Part shown: piece after piece, positions 37,682-47,064 of the stretch | How the letters are laid out: each line of letters opens with the position of its first letter | Position numbering within the stretch: position 1 is the stretch's first letter | From: a bacterium | Lineage (GTDB): Bacteria; Patescibacteriota; Saccharimonadia; Saccharimonadales; SZUA-47 | Assembly: GCA_030428125.1 (NCBI GenBank) | Contig: JAUIBF010000003.1 | Location: 1,516 to 65,515 of the forward strand | DNA length: 64,000 nucleotides | Reading direction: 5' to 3' | Made by a program: the position numbers and the translations under genes | The notes under the pieces: model-generated | The model's database searches: none | Told to the model about the DNA's origin: nothing | The model's input: only the letters and a program-made list of their open reading frames with translations

Positions 37682-38476
37682 ATGAAGAAACACACTAATA
37701 ACGAATCAGGATTTTCACTAATTGAAGTACTGACTGTTATACCCATTGCAACTATGCTGGTTGTTATTTTGATATCGGCACTGTTTTCTCAATATGCTAA
37801 CTCGCTTGCAGAGTCGGCCAGGACTACACTACGCACCAACGGTCAGACTATTTTGATAAACCTCCAAGATGAACTTTTATTCACGATTGCTTACGGAGAA
37901 GGATTGGAAGGAAGACTAGATGACCCCAATGAGCCAGCATTGGGCTGGACTTACGACACGGATCCCGACACATTAATAATCAATGAAATAGCACTAGATT
38001 CCACCAGAAGAGACGAAGACAGACACATAGTCAGACAGTTCATAAATAACTGCGAAACATCCAGCATAACTGCAAATCCACTAGCAATTAACAATGTCAT
38101 ATATTTTGTGGAAGATGTAGCAGGCAGTGACTATGACAGGTTAGTAAAAAGGACTATTACGCCTGAATACAACTATTGCAGTATTGATATATCGACCGGG
38201 AGCCCATGCACTCCGGTAACTACAACATGTAAAACAAACGCCAAGGTCACAACTTGTCCCGAAGCACTGGTTGGTTCTGACAATTGTGAATCAAAAGACT
38301 CGGTTCTATCTGAAAATGTACTGGATTTTGATGTGAGATATTTTGCAGAAAATAACATCGAGACTCCATATCCTTCGAATGCTGATAAGTTAGAATTGAC
38401 CTTAGTTTTGGGCGATAAGACATTCGGTAGGCATGTAGAGGCAGAAGTCAAACATACGATTAGGAAGATTAACTAA
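37682..38476 (+). CDS. Prepilin-type minor pilin-like protein
   Basis: NESG followed by FSLIEVLTVIPIATMLVV. Follows the preceding gene after a 2-nt gap. Confidence 0.75.
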   Translation: MKKHTNNESGFSLIEVLTVIPIATMLVVILISALFSQYANSLAESARTTLRTNGQTILINLQDELLFTIAYGEGLEGRLDDPNEPALGWTYDTDPDTLIINEIALDSTRRDEDRHIVRQFINNCETSSITANPLAINNVIYFVEDVAGSDYDRLVKRTITPEYNYCSIDISTGSPCTPVTTTCKTNAKVTTCPEALVGSDNCESKDSVLSENVLDFDVRYFAENNIETPYPSNADKLELTLVLGDKTFGRHVEAEVKHTIRKIN

Positions 38477-39693
38477 TGAGATTCAAGCTACCTAAATTAC
38501 GGAGTAAAAGCAAACAAAATGGGTTTGTTATGATAACGGTGATTACATTCATACCTTTAGTTTTTATCTTAAGCACAGTAACGATAACTATGGCGATACA
38601 GGCCTATAATACCACTACCAATCAGGAGCTAATACGGCAGGCTCAGCTTGCAAGTGCTACGGCCATGGATTATGCAAAAGAACAGTATGAACTAGACCTG
38701 AATTATTCCGGCACAGCGGAGACTACATTGTATGAGACGGATACACATGTAATTACATTTGAAGTTGTTAGTAAGGGTTACTCTAACCCAACCAACACCC
38801 AACAGGACATCCAGGGAATCGGAAGAGTTTATAAAAAAGGCGAGTCGGTAGCTACATACACTAGAGAAATTCAAGGCAAGGTAACTTATACATCGGGATC
38901 GTTATCGAGCGCCAGGTTTATATTCATCATAGATAATTCAGGGTCTATGAGTGAATCTGAATGGCTAGACTCTAAAAGTACGGTCGATGCCGCAATAAAT
39001 TATGTTATCGATAACGCCCCAACTGCAGAAGTTGCCGTGATTCAGTACGGCACAAACCATTACAGTCAGGAGCATAAATATGACGTGACGGTTTCGTTTA
39101 CAAGAGATAAGACTACTGCGACAAACTGGGATAGAGAATTTGGACCAGGTAGTTCTGCCTACTATGATCTACAAGATCATTTGCCTGCATCACTTGCTAG
39201 AATGCGAATCGAGTCAGTTTATGGACCCGGTGATGCGTTAGACTTGAACGGAGCAACCGATATCCAATACGTCCTATTTACAGATGCGTGGAGTGATGGA
39301 TTGCCGTCTGGTAACTGTTGTTCCCACTTAAAAATGCGTGCAGCCGATCCATCAGGGTGGTTCGATGCCAATGGTGGAAGCTTTAGTGTTGGGGCAAATT
39401 TCGAAGAGTATAATTTATTAAAAGATGGAACCGTTTTTTCTGAAGACGGCTATCCCGGTCTTACTTCACAATTTACGATTCTAAATATAAACGACGATAG
39501 CGATACGCAGTCAACTTCTGCTGCAGTTGCTTCACCAGGAGGTTCCTGGAACGGAGCAATCGATAGTAACCCGGACGATCCTGAAGGTAACGGACTTTTA
39601 CCTCGAAGGTTTATAAGTACAACTCTTGCCGCGGGACCAGATGAAATTCTATCGCTCTTGCAAGAAATTATTGAAGAAGAAATTAATATTTAA
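38476..39693 (+). CDS. PilX/GspK-style minor pilin-like protein with a vWA domain
   Basis: QNG followed by FVMITVITFIPLVF (no Glu5). MIDAS-type FIFIIDNSGSMSESE at ~38911. Confidence 0.7.
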   Translation: MRFKLPKLRSKSKQNGFVMITVITFIPLVFILSTVTITMAIQAYNTTTNQELIRQAQLASATAMDYAKEQYELDLNYSGTAETTLYETDTHVITFEVVSKGYSNPTNTQQDIQGIGRVYKKGESVATYTREIQGKVTYTSGSLSSARFIFIIDNSGSMSESEWLDSKSTVDAAINYVIDNAPTAEVAVIQYGTNHYSQEHKYDVTVSFTRDKTTATNWDREFGPGSSAYYDLQDHLPASLARMRIESVYGPGDALDLNGATDIQYVLFTDAWSDGLPSGNCCSHLKMRAADPSGWFDANGGSFSVGANFEEYNLLKDGTVFSEDGYPGLTSQFTILNINDDSDTQSTSAAVASPGGSWNGAIDSNPDDPEGNGLLPRRFISTTLAAGPDEILSLLQEIIEEEINI

Positions 39694-39733
39694 GTCTAGC
39701 TCAATATTGTCGGGATATCATGCGAATTGTGAT

Positions 39734-40675
39734 ATGATTACTTCTATGGCTACAACAACTAAGAGGGGAGCTACAAAGAAGGCTAGCACGCGTGCTAAGT
39801 CTGCTGCCACCTCAAAGAAAACCACCACTAAAAAGACAACTAAGAAAACCACCACTAAAAAGGCTGCAGCACCAAAGAAAACTACCTCAGCAAAAGTAAC
39901 TAAAGCTCCGAAAAACACAGCCAAGAAGACTGATGTATTCAAGCAGTTAAATATCTGGAACTGGGTATTGGCAGTCTTAGCACTTGGACAGGGTGTGGCA
40001 CTGTTTGTACTTAGCGAAACATCAAAGGTGACAGTAACAACCAACTACTTAACCGAAGACAAGCTGTCAGGTATTGATGTCGTCGCACAGCGTACACTAT
40101 TTGACTTCAATATACTCTACTTGCTACTTGCGTCTCTGGGCGCGACAGCAGTTTTGCACGCTTTACTAGCTTCAGTATTAAGGAAGAGATATGAATCTCA
40201 AGTCAGCAATGGAGTTAACGTTGCTCGCTGGATAGGTCTATCAGTAACAGTTGCAACTGTAATGTTAACAATTTCCATGTTGGCAGGAGTAACCGACCTA
40301 TCAGCGCTAATATTGATAGCAGTAGCTTCTGCGTCAACTGGTTTACTTGCAATCGTACGAGAAGCAAGAGGGACAGCTAGAAAAGCAACTACTGTCGCAA
40401 GTATTCTTGTTGCGCTAGCTCCATGGATTGCAGTAGCACTATACCTAATCGGCGCTAATAAATACGGTGATGGTAGCGTAGATTCTTACATTTACGTACT
40501 TGTAGCCTCAGCGGTGGTTATCTTGTCGCTACTTGATGTAAATATGTATTTGAACAACAAAAAGACTGCTAGATGGGCAGATTATACCTATACAGACAGA
40601 GTTTACATGCTTGTGAATTTTGTACTAGTCTCAGCCGTTGCCTGGCAAGTATACGTTGCACTTTTGGCAAATTAG
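39734..40675 (+). CDS. Heliorhodopsin-like 7-TM protein lacking the Schiff-base lysine, with an N-terminal K/T/A-rich tail
   Basis: Seven hydrophobic segments. The blocks RKRYESQVSNGVNVARW and RVYMLVNFVLVSAVAWQ resemble HeR TM2/3 and TM7 as I recall them. Start at ATG 39734 or 39746. Confidence 0.55.
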   Translation: MITSMATTTKRGATKKASTRAKSAATSKKTTTKKTTKKTTTKKAAAPKKTTSAKVTKAPKNTAKKTDVFKQLNIWNWVLAVLALGQGVALFVLSETSKVTVTTNYLTEDKLSGIDVVAQRTLFDFNILYLLLASLGATAVLHALLASVLRKRYESQVSNGVNVARWIGLSVTVATVMLTISMLAGVTDLSALILIAVASASTGLLAIVREARGTARKATTVASILVALAPWIAVALYLIGANKYGDGSVDSYIYVLVASAVVILSLLDVNMYLNNKKTARWADYTYTDRVYMLVNFVLVSAVAWQVYVALLAN

Positions 40676-40698
40676 CCAACAGTTAGTACCCAATAGAT

Positions 40699-41964
40699 AT
40701 GTCAAAAAACCCAGTTATTTTGAATCAGCTAGAACTGGGTAAGTTAGTTCATGGTGGGCAATCTATTTCTGAAACTAAAAATGGTAAAAAAATACTCGTC
40801 TGGGGTGGATTGCCGGATGAAGTTGTTGATGTTCGCATAACAAAAAAGAAATCTAGTTACCTAGAAGGTGTTGTCGAAAACGTAGTTAAATCAAGTGAAT
40901 TCCGGATAGAGCCCAAAGAGCCAAAAAGTTTCTTATCAACCAGTCCTTGGCAGGTGATGGAATATGATTTTGAGAATAAATCAAAGCAAGCAATCCTAGA
41001 AGAAACCTTTGAAAGGGAAGGCGTAGAAATTGAGTGGGATGAATTTAAGTTTGAAGACCAGCAGTATGGCTATCGGAACAAACTAGAGATTGGTTTTTGG
41101 GGTGATGACGATGGTCTTCATCTAGCGCACTATGTACGTGGTTCACACGGTAAAGTCACATCTGAGAATAACGCACTTGTTAAAGACTGCATTAATGTGG
41201 CTGCCAGGGATGTATGTAGTGAATTAAATAAATTAGATATTTGGGCAGGTAAACTAAAAACTTTAATTCTAAGATGCAACAAAGAAAACCAGGTGGTCGG
41301 TGCTGTATTTCTAAAAGAAGAAATTGATTTTAGTCAGTTCAAACTGCCTAAGTCATTAAAAGGTTTAGATATATATTTTTCCAATCCGAAAAGTCCTGCG
41401 AGTGTGCCTACTAAATTATTACGAGGCTTAGGCGATACTAACTTAACGGATGAAATCGTGGGACATAAAATTGAATACAATGTACTTTCGTTCTTTCAAG
41501 TCAATCTAGAAATATTCGAAAAAGCACTCAGTCGAATAAAAAAGTATGTGTCAGATGAAAAAAGCGTAGACATGTACAGCGGAGTGGGCACTATCGGTAT
41601 CGCGGTTGGCTCAGAAATATTAGTTGAGTCTGACGAGCAAAACATCAAAACCATTAAACTTAATTCAAAAAATGCAGAGGTGGTCCATGCGCCGAGCGAG
41701 AAAGCTTTGGAATATGTTGACCCAGAAAACATTTTGATAGTCGATCCACCAAGAGCTGGCTTGCACAAAGACCTAGTCAGTAAACTATTACAAGTTCTAC
41801 CACCAAAAATAATTTACTTAAGTTGTAATCCTTCTACGCAAAGCCGGGACGTAAAGCTACTTAGTGAAAAATACAAAATTTCTTTTGCACAAGGTTTTAA
41901 CTTTTTCCCACGTACACCTCATATAGAATCTCTGATATTATTGACTCGAGAAATAAATGATTAA
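40699..41964 (+). CDS. TRAM-domain RNA (uracil-5)-methyltransferase, RlmD/TrmA family
   Basis: N-terminal TRAM-like region, then DMYSGVGTIG, VDPPRAGL and YLSCNPSTQSRD. Confidence 0.75.
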   Translation: MSKNPVILNQLELGKLVHGGQSISETKNGKKILVWGGLPDEVVDVRITKKKSSYLEGVVENVVKSSEFRIEPKEPKSFLSTSPWQVMEYDFENKSKQAILEETFEREGVEIEWDEFKFEDQQYGYRNKLEIGFWGDDDGLHLAHYVRGSHGKVTSENNALVKDCINVAARDVCSELNKLDIWAGKLKTLILRCNKENQVVGAVFLKEEIDFSQFKLPKSLKGLDIYFSNPKSPASVPTKLLRGLGDTNLTDEIVGHKIEYNVLSFFQVNLEIFEKALSRIKKYVSDEKSVDMYSGVGTIGIAVGSEILVESDEQNIKTIKLNSKNAEVVHAPSEKALEYVDPENILIVDPPRAGLHKDLVSKLLQVLPPKIIYLSCNPSTQSRDVKLLSEKYKISFAQGFNFFPRTPHIESLILLTREIND

Positions 41965-42277
41965 AGATAGATATTTCGCCCCACTAACGATTGCCAACTT
42001 AGTAACAAGCCTGTCCTCATTATTATTTTTGTACGAGGCTTTCTTTGGGGAATCAGGTGTCGAAACGGTTGATATCAGGCTTGGCAAACTCTTTTTTGCA
42101 GTGTTTCTAGTTTTGGTAGTTCATGTAATAAGCGCAATAGTTATCGTGCGTTTTTTAGTGGGTAAACTTGCTAAAGCAAGAGTTCAAAAAGGTGATAATC
42201 TGGCGCTGCTTTTAGCTATCATTTTTCCTCTGACTCTATGGTTGCTAAGTATTATGATTCTAACCTGGACAAATTAA
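41957..42277 (+). CDS. Small membrane protein (3 TM)
   Basis: Hydrophobic 106-aa ORF with stop/start overlaps to both neighbours. Confidence 0.45.
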   Translation: MIKDRYFAPLTIANLVTSLSSLLFLYEAFFGESGVETVDIRLGKLFFAVFLVLVVHVISAIVIVRFLVGKLAKARVQKGDNLALLLAIIFPLTLWLLSIMILTWTN

Positions 42278-42960
42278 TGAAATTACACAGATATTATTTA
42301 GCAGACACTGACTTAGTCCATGATTTTTGGATGGATGACGCAGATTTGTTTCATCAGTGGACTAGGGTGCTCAGGTACAAAATAGGTAGAGAACTCATAC
42401 TTTTTAATTCACAGCGTGAAGAACGACTCTATAAAATTGAAAAAATTGGAGATAACGCAGTTAACCTAAAATTAGTTACAGAGCTAGTACCAAAATTACC
42501 CAACAAGGAGGTTTATCTTTGTTTCGCAATGCTGAAAAAAGATAAGAACGAATGGGTTTTACAAAAGGGTACAGAGTTAGGTGTTAGTCACTTTATTCCA
42601 CTACTAACTGATAGAACCGAGAAAACAGGTTGGGATATAGAGCGAGCCGAGAAAATTATAATTGAAGCTAGCGAACAATGTGAGAGAACTGACATCCCTA
42701 AACTTCGCGAACCTCTAAAGCCACAAACGCTTGTTAATGAACTTGAAGGAAAAGTTCCGGTTCTAATTGCAGAGCAGGGTGACAATATTACTCAGACAAA
42801 CTTAGGCAATGTTGCCATTTTGGTCGGGCCTGAAGGTGGCTGGAGTGATGAAGAAAAGAAGTTTTTTGCTGAACGGAACTTACCAAATTTCACTTTATCT
42901 AAATTTACTCTTAGGGCAGAAACAGCGGCCATTACAGCTGCATCTTTTACTCAGTTTTAG
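42277..42960 (+). CDS. rsmE: 16S rRNA (uracil1498-N3)-methyltransferase RsmE
   Basis: Motif GPEGGWSDEE and a SPOUT C-terminal region. ATG 42277 overlaps the upstream stop (TAATG). Confidence 0.8.
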   Translation: MKLHRYYLADTDLVHDFWMDDADLFHQWTRVLRYKIGRELILFNSQREERLYKIEKIGDNAVNLKLVTELVPKLPNKEVYLCFAMLKKDKNEWVLQKGTELGVSHFIPLLTDRTEKTGWDIERAEKIIIEASEQCERTDIPKLREPLKPQTLVNELEGKVPVLIAEQGDNITQTNLGNVAILVGPEGGWSDEEKKFFAERNLPNFTLSKFTLRAETAAITAASFTQF

Positions 42961-43595
42961 CTCTTATTTGAAGCATTGATTAGGATATCACAGGCTAAAT
43001 TAGCGTACTGTTCTTTTATAACCAGTGTCATTTCATCTTTAGTTGAAATAATTTCTTCTAAATTAACACCGTTTTGCGACACCAGACTGACAATATAAGC
43101 ACAAACTCCAAGTACTGGTTCGTGGCCGGGCAGAAGCTTAACAGTGACACCCACTAAATTGTCTTCGGTCTCTAGTACTGCAGCTTCATTAATGCAGAGC
43201 TTATCAATTAAGGCCGTTCGCGTAATTAAACCTCCGAAATTTATGCCTTTTGTAATAACAAAAAACTCGTCTAGCCTGTTTAGCTCGGCTACTGCTCCTT
43301 CAATAGCCTGGTAAAAGTCATCAGATTTAAAACACAATACACTTAAGCCCGTTTGCAGTGTTATATCGCCAATAAAATTTTCAGGGTGTTGATCTGTTTC
43401 AGACTGACTGGGCGAGTAGCGACTTAAAGCCATGGTTATGGATTCACGAGAAACTTTTTCACCAACTTCCTTTTCTACTTCATTTTGAATTTCACGTGCC
43501 AGTGCGGATAAATTAATCAAGTCACGTCGAATGTGCTCAACAACAAATGGCCGGGTAGCGAGTATTTCGTTAACAGTAGAGCTAATAGTTTTCAT
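42957..43595 (-). CDS. Hypothetical protein with a C-terminal ACT-like fold (putative small-molecule-binding regulator)
   Basis: Weak pattern match only: LVGVTVKLLPGHEPVLGVCAYIVSLVSQNGVNLEEIIS. The ATG lies 6 nt after a -10 element, which suggests a leaderless transcript. Confidence 0.35.
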   Translation of the reverse strand: MKTISSTVNEILATRPFVVEHIRRDLINLSALAREIQNEVEKEVGEKVSRESITMALSRYSPSQSETDQHPENFIGDITLQTGLSVLCFKSDDFYQAIEGAVAELNRLDEFFVITKGINFGGLITRTALIDKLCINEAAVLETEDNLVGVTVKLLPGHEPVLGVCAYIVSLVSQNGVNLEEIISTKDEMTLVIKEQYANLACDILINASNKS

Positions 43596-43630
43596 GTTAT
43601 AAATATAACAAATTGTTATAAAATTGTCAA
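43596..43630 (-). promoter_or_regulatory. Promoter with overlapping palindromes for a probably leaderless 42957-43595 transcript
   Basis: On the minus strand: TTGACA (43630-43625), 17 nt, TATATT (43607-43602), 6 nt, ATG. Palindromes TATAACAA-A-TTGTTATA (43604-43620) and GTTATA-AA-TATAAC (43596-43609). Confidence 0.5.
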
Positions 43631-43697
43631 AAAACGCGAAAAATATGACTTTTAGGTAATTAAATTAGATAATTGTGCTTGTGAAAAGGAGATTATC

Positions 43698-44438
43698 ATG
43701 AATTCACAGAAAACCAGCTTACTATACATGGACGACTTTGACGTAACATCATGTGATTCTGAAGTAGTAAATATTGATCGAGTTGATGGACAAGTGGATA
43801 TTGTTCTGGCCGAAACATGTTTCTACCCAAAAGGTGGAGGTCAAGACTACGATAAGGGAGTAATCAGTAGTGATATTGCGAAACTAGAAGTAGAGAAGGT
43901 TTCGATTGATGACAACGGGGTTGTTCATCACATCGGACGTCTAGTAGGTGACCTACAAGTAGGGGATATGGTCGGCTGCGAGGTTGATATAATTCGTCGA
44001 ACCTTAAACACCAAACTTCATAGTGCCGGCCATGTTTTGGACATGGCCGTGAGTCATATCTATCCTGATTGGGTGCCGGGTCGGGGAGCGCATTACCCGG
44101 ATATGTCTTTTGTGGAATATGGCGCCGATGTGAACCTAGATGACAGAGATAAAATTGTAAACAAAATTCAAGCCGAGCTAGACAAACTAACTAGCAGAAG
44201 TACAGCCAACACAATTAAATTTACTACACGTGAAGAACTAGAAAAAATATGTAGGCATGTACCAGACTACCTACCTACCAACAAACCAATCAGGGCAGTT
44301 TTATATGACGACTTTGCTGTTCCTTGTGGAGGCACACATGTTTCTAGTTTGGATAAGATTGGCAGAGTTCTAGTTACAAAATTCAAGATAAAAGACGGAA
44401 AATTGAGGATTAGCTACAAATTATCTAGCCAGATCTAG
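43698..44438 (+). CDS. alaX: AlaX-type alanyl-tRNA editing protein
   Basis: Motifs HSAGHVL and VPCGGTHV (the zinc motifs of the AlaRS editing domain). Confidence 0.8.
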   Translation: MNSQKTSLLYMDDFDVTSCDSEVVNIDRVDGQVDIVLAETCFYPKGGGQDYDKGVISSDIAKLEVEKVSIDDNGVVHHIGRLVGDLQVGDMVGCEVDIIRRTLNTKLHSAGHVLDMAVSHIYPDWVPGRGAHYPDMSFVEYGADVNLDDRDKIVNKIQAELDKLTSRSTANTIKFTTREELEKICRHVPDYLPTNKPIRAVLYDDFAVPCGGTHVSSLDKIGRVLVTKFKIKDGKLRISYKLSSQI

Positions 44439-44496
44439 AAGAGAAATGTTTACCTAGTGCGATATAGCTTAGCTGCACTGTTACAATAAGTGCTAG

Positions 44497-45282
44497 ATGA
44501 ATTATTGGAAAGAACGAAATGCACCGTATAAACCGGGGCAAAAAACACCATACAAGGTTAGTCGTAGCAAAATAGAACTGTTCATGCAGTGTCCGCGCTG
44601 CTTTTGGTTAGACGTTCGCTTGAAGATAAAAAGACCGAGTAGCCCACCGTTTAACATCAATAAAGCAATCGATGAATTGTTTAAAAAAGAGTTCGATACC
44701 TATCGTAAAAAGGGCGAACAGCATCCATTAATGAAAGACAATAACTTAGATGGGATTCTGCCATACCAACACGCTGACTTGGATAAGTGGCGAGAAAATT
44801 TTGTTGGGGTTGTGCATTTACATGAGCCTACTAATTTGCACGTTTTCGGTGCAGTTGATGATGTATGGGTGGATAAAGACGGCAAGATAATTGTTGTCGA
44901 TTACAAGGCGACTGCCAAAGATAAACCAGTAACATCACTAGGGCCTGAAGGGTCGTGGCAAGACATGTATCGGAGGCAGATGGAGATATACCAGTGGCTG
45001 CTGAAGCAGAACGGTTTCGATGTTAGTGACACGGGGTATTTTGTATATGCAACAGGAACTCAAGACAGAGAAGGCTTCAATAATGTTGTTGAATTCGAGA
45101 CCCATGTTTTCCCACATCACGGATCAAGTAACTGGGTGGAAGGTGTGTTGAAAGATATGAAAAAAGTTATGGATTCTGATGACATGCCGGAGGTCGGCGT
45201 GGCAGCTATGGGAGGTCCATGTGAGTATTGCGAATACGCCAAAAGCCGCACAAAGTTAACCCTGGCTGCACTAAAAAAATAG
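44497..45282 (+). CDS. PD-(D/E)XK nuclease, Cas4/RecB-like, with four Cys
   Basis: Motifs QCPRCFW, GAVDDV, VVDYKAT, QMEIYQW and C-terminal CEYCEY. Confidence 0.7.
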   Translation: MNYWKERNAPYKPGQKTPYKVSRSKIELFMQCPRCFWLDVRLKIKRPSSPPFNINKAIDELFKKEFDTYRKKGEQHPLMKDNNLDGILPYQHADLDKWRENFVGVVHLHEPTNLHVFGAVDDVWVDKDGKIIVVDYKATAKDKPVTSLGPEGSWQDMYRRQMEIYQWLLKQNGFDVSDTGYFVYATGTQDREGFNNVVEFETHVFPHHGSSNWVEGVLKDMKKVMDSDDMPEVGVAAMGGPCEYCEYAKSRTKLTLAALKK

Positions 45283-45308
45283 CTATAAATAGCGTATACT
45301 GTAATCAA

Positions 45309-46556
45309 ATGATTGATATACAACTTTTGAGGGATAATCCTGATTTAGTACGTCAGAAGTCGGTTGAGAAAAAAGTCGAGGTGGATATCGATAATGCACT
45401 GACTCTAGATGCTTCATACAGAGAGCTTCTACGGGAAGTCGAGTCTTTGAGGCAGAAGCGTAACGAGATTTCAGACCAAATGAAGGGTGGTAAGCCCGAG
45501 CAGCATTTGATTGACGAAGGAAAGAAGATCAAGGTTGAACTAGCACACAGAGAAGAAATCCTAGCGAAGTCAAAGTCCGAGCTCGACGGAATACTCAGTA
45601 GGATTCCAAACCCGCATTTTGACGATGTTCCGGTTGGTGACGAAGAAGATTCTGTTGAAGTAGGAAGATTCGGCGACTGCGAATCAACTGGCGCCGAAGA
45701 TCATCTAGACTTTGCTACAAAGCGCGGGTGGGTAGATTTTGAAAGTGGCGCTAAAGTAGCGGGTGCCAAGTTCTACTTCTTAAAAGGTGATTTAGCACTG
45801 TTAGAAAACGCACTGTTGCAGTATGGATTATCGGTTATGGCCGAAGAGCAAATGACCTACGTAACCGTTCCACATTTAGTTAATTCGCGTACAGCGACAG
45901 GTACGGGTTTTGCCCCAAGAAGTGATGAGCAGAGCGATGAGTATTTTATCGAAGGTGAAGATTTAAGTCTAATCGCGACTGCCGAGATGCCACTTACGGG
46001 ATTGCATAGTGATGAAGTTATAGAAGAAGACAAACTTCCGATTCTGTACGCCGGCTATAGTTCATGTTACCGAAAAGAGGCCGGAACATACGGAAAGCAT
46101 ACACGTGGATTATTCAGAGTCCATCAATTTAATAAGCTAGAAATGTATGCCTTTACGTTGCCGGAAAATAGCGCTGAAATGCATGACAGACTCCTGAAAA
46201 TCGAAGAAAGAATTTGGCAGGCAATTGGTATTCCATACCATGTCATAAACATCGCAAGTGGCGATTTGGGAGCACCAGCAGCCAAAAAATTCGACATTGA
46301 ATATTGGTCAAAAGTCGACGGTAGTTTTCGTGAACTTACAAGTTGTTCGAACTGTACAGATTTTCAGACACGCAACTTAAACATCCGTGTAAAACGTAAG
46401 GACGGAAAAATCGAGCTCGTTCACTCGCTAAACGGAACGGCTATTTCAATGGCAAGGTCATTGGTAGCAATCATTGAGCATTATCAAAACCCAGATGGAA
46501 CACTAACAGTTCCAGAGGTGTTAAGGCAATACATGGGAGGAAAGAGTTACCTATGA
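45309..46556 (+). CDS. serS: Seryl-tRNA synthetase
   Basis: MIDIQLLRDNPDLV with a coiled-coil arm, then FRVHQFNKLE and NGTAISMARSLVAIIE. The track start at 45228 overlaps the upstream gene. Confidence 0.92.
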   Translation: MIDIQLLRDNPDLVRQKSVEKKVEVDIDNALTLDASYRELLREVESLRQKRNEISDQMKGGKPEQHLIDEGKKIKVELAHREEILAKSKSELDGILSRIPNPHFDDVPVGDEEDSVEVGRFGDCESTGAEDHLDFATKRGWVDFESGAKVAGAKFYFLKGDLALLENALLQYGLSVMAEEQMTYVTVPHLVNSRTATGTGFAPRSDEQSDEYFIEGEDLSLIATAEMPLTGLHSDEVIEEDKLPILYAGYSSCYRKEAGTYGKHTRGLFRVHQFNKLEMYAFTLPENSAEMHDRLLKIEERIWQAIGIPYHVINIASGDLGAPAAKKFDIEYWSKVDGSFRELTSCSNCTDFQTRNLNIRVKRKDGKIELVHSLNGTAISMARSLVAIIEHYQNPDGTLTVPEVLRQYMGGKSYL

Positions 46557-46936
46557 TAAAACATATAGATATTGCAGCAGCGCAAAAGACTTATGTTATC
46601 GACGCGGACCTGAATAAATATATTCAGAAAAAAATCGGTAAGCTAGATCGACATATGAAAAAGGCTAATCGTGAAGTTGCGCGAGCAGACGTAAAGCTTA
46701 AAGAAAGTACTGGAAAAGGCGGCAAGAAGTGTACCTGTGAAGTAATTTTACATATTCCGGGCAAAAAACTCACAGCTTCTGAGTCAACGGTAAATATGTA
46801 TGCGGCAGTAGATATCGTAGAGCAAAAATTACAAAACCAGCTTAAAAAATCTAAAGAAAAGCAGTCCGGTAACACCAACAAAAGAAAAGCACGAGCTCGC
46901 AAATCGCTATCAGAGATTTTTTCACGGAAAAGCTAA
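46553..46936 (+). CDS. hpf: Ribosome hibernation promoting factor (HPF/RaiA, short form) with a basic tail
   Basis: Pattern of the S30AE fold: IQKKIGKLDRH...CEVILHIPGKKLTASESTVNMYAAVDIVEQKLQNQL. Confidence 0.8.
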   Translation: MIKHIDIAAAQKTYVIDADLNKYIQKKIGKLDRHMKKANREVARADVKLKESTGKGGKKCTCEVILHIPGKKLTASESTVNMYAAVDIVEQKLQNQLKKSKEKQSGNTNKRKARARKSLSEIFSRKS

Positions 46937-47064
46937 GCCGTATACTGTATACTAGAACTAATAAATAGTATGTGGTGAATTGCTGATTATATGGGTAGGA
47001 GTGGATACCTAAATCTATGAGAGCGCTCTCACAAGTAGAAGAATAAGTAAAGGTTAGAATTAAA

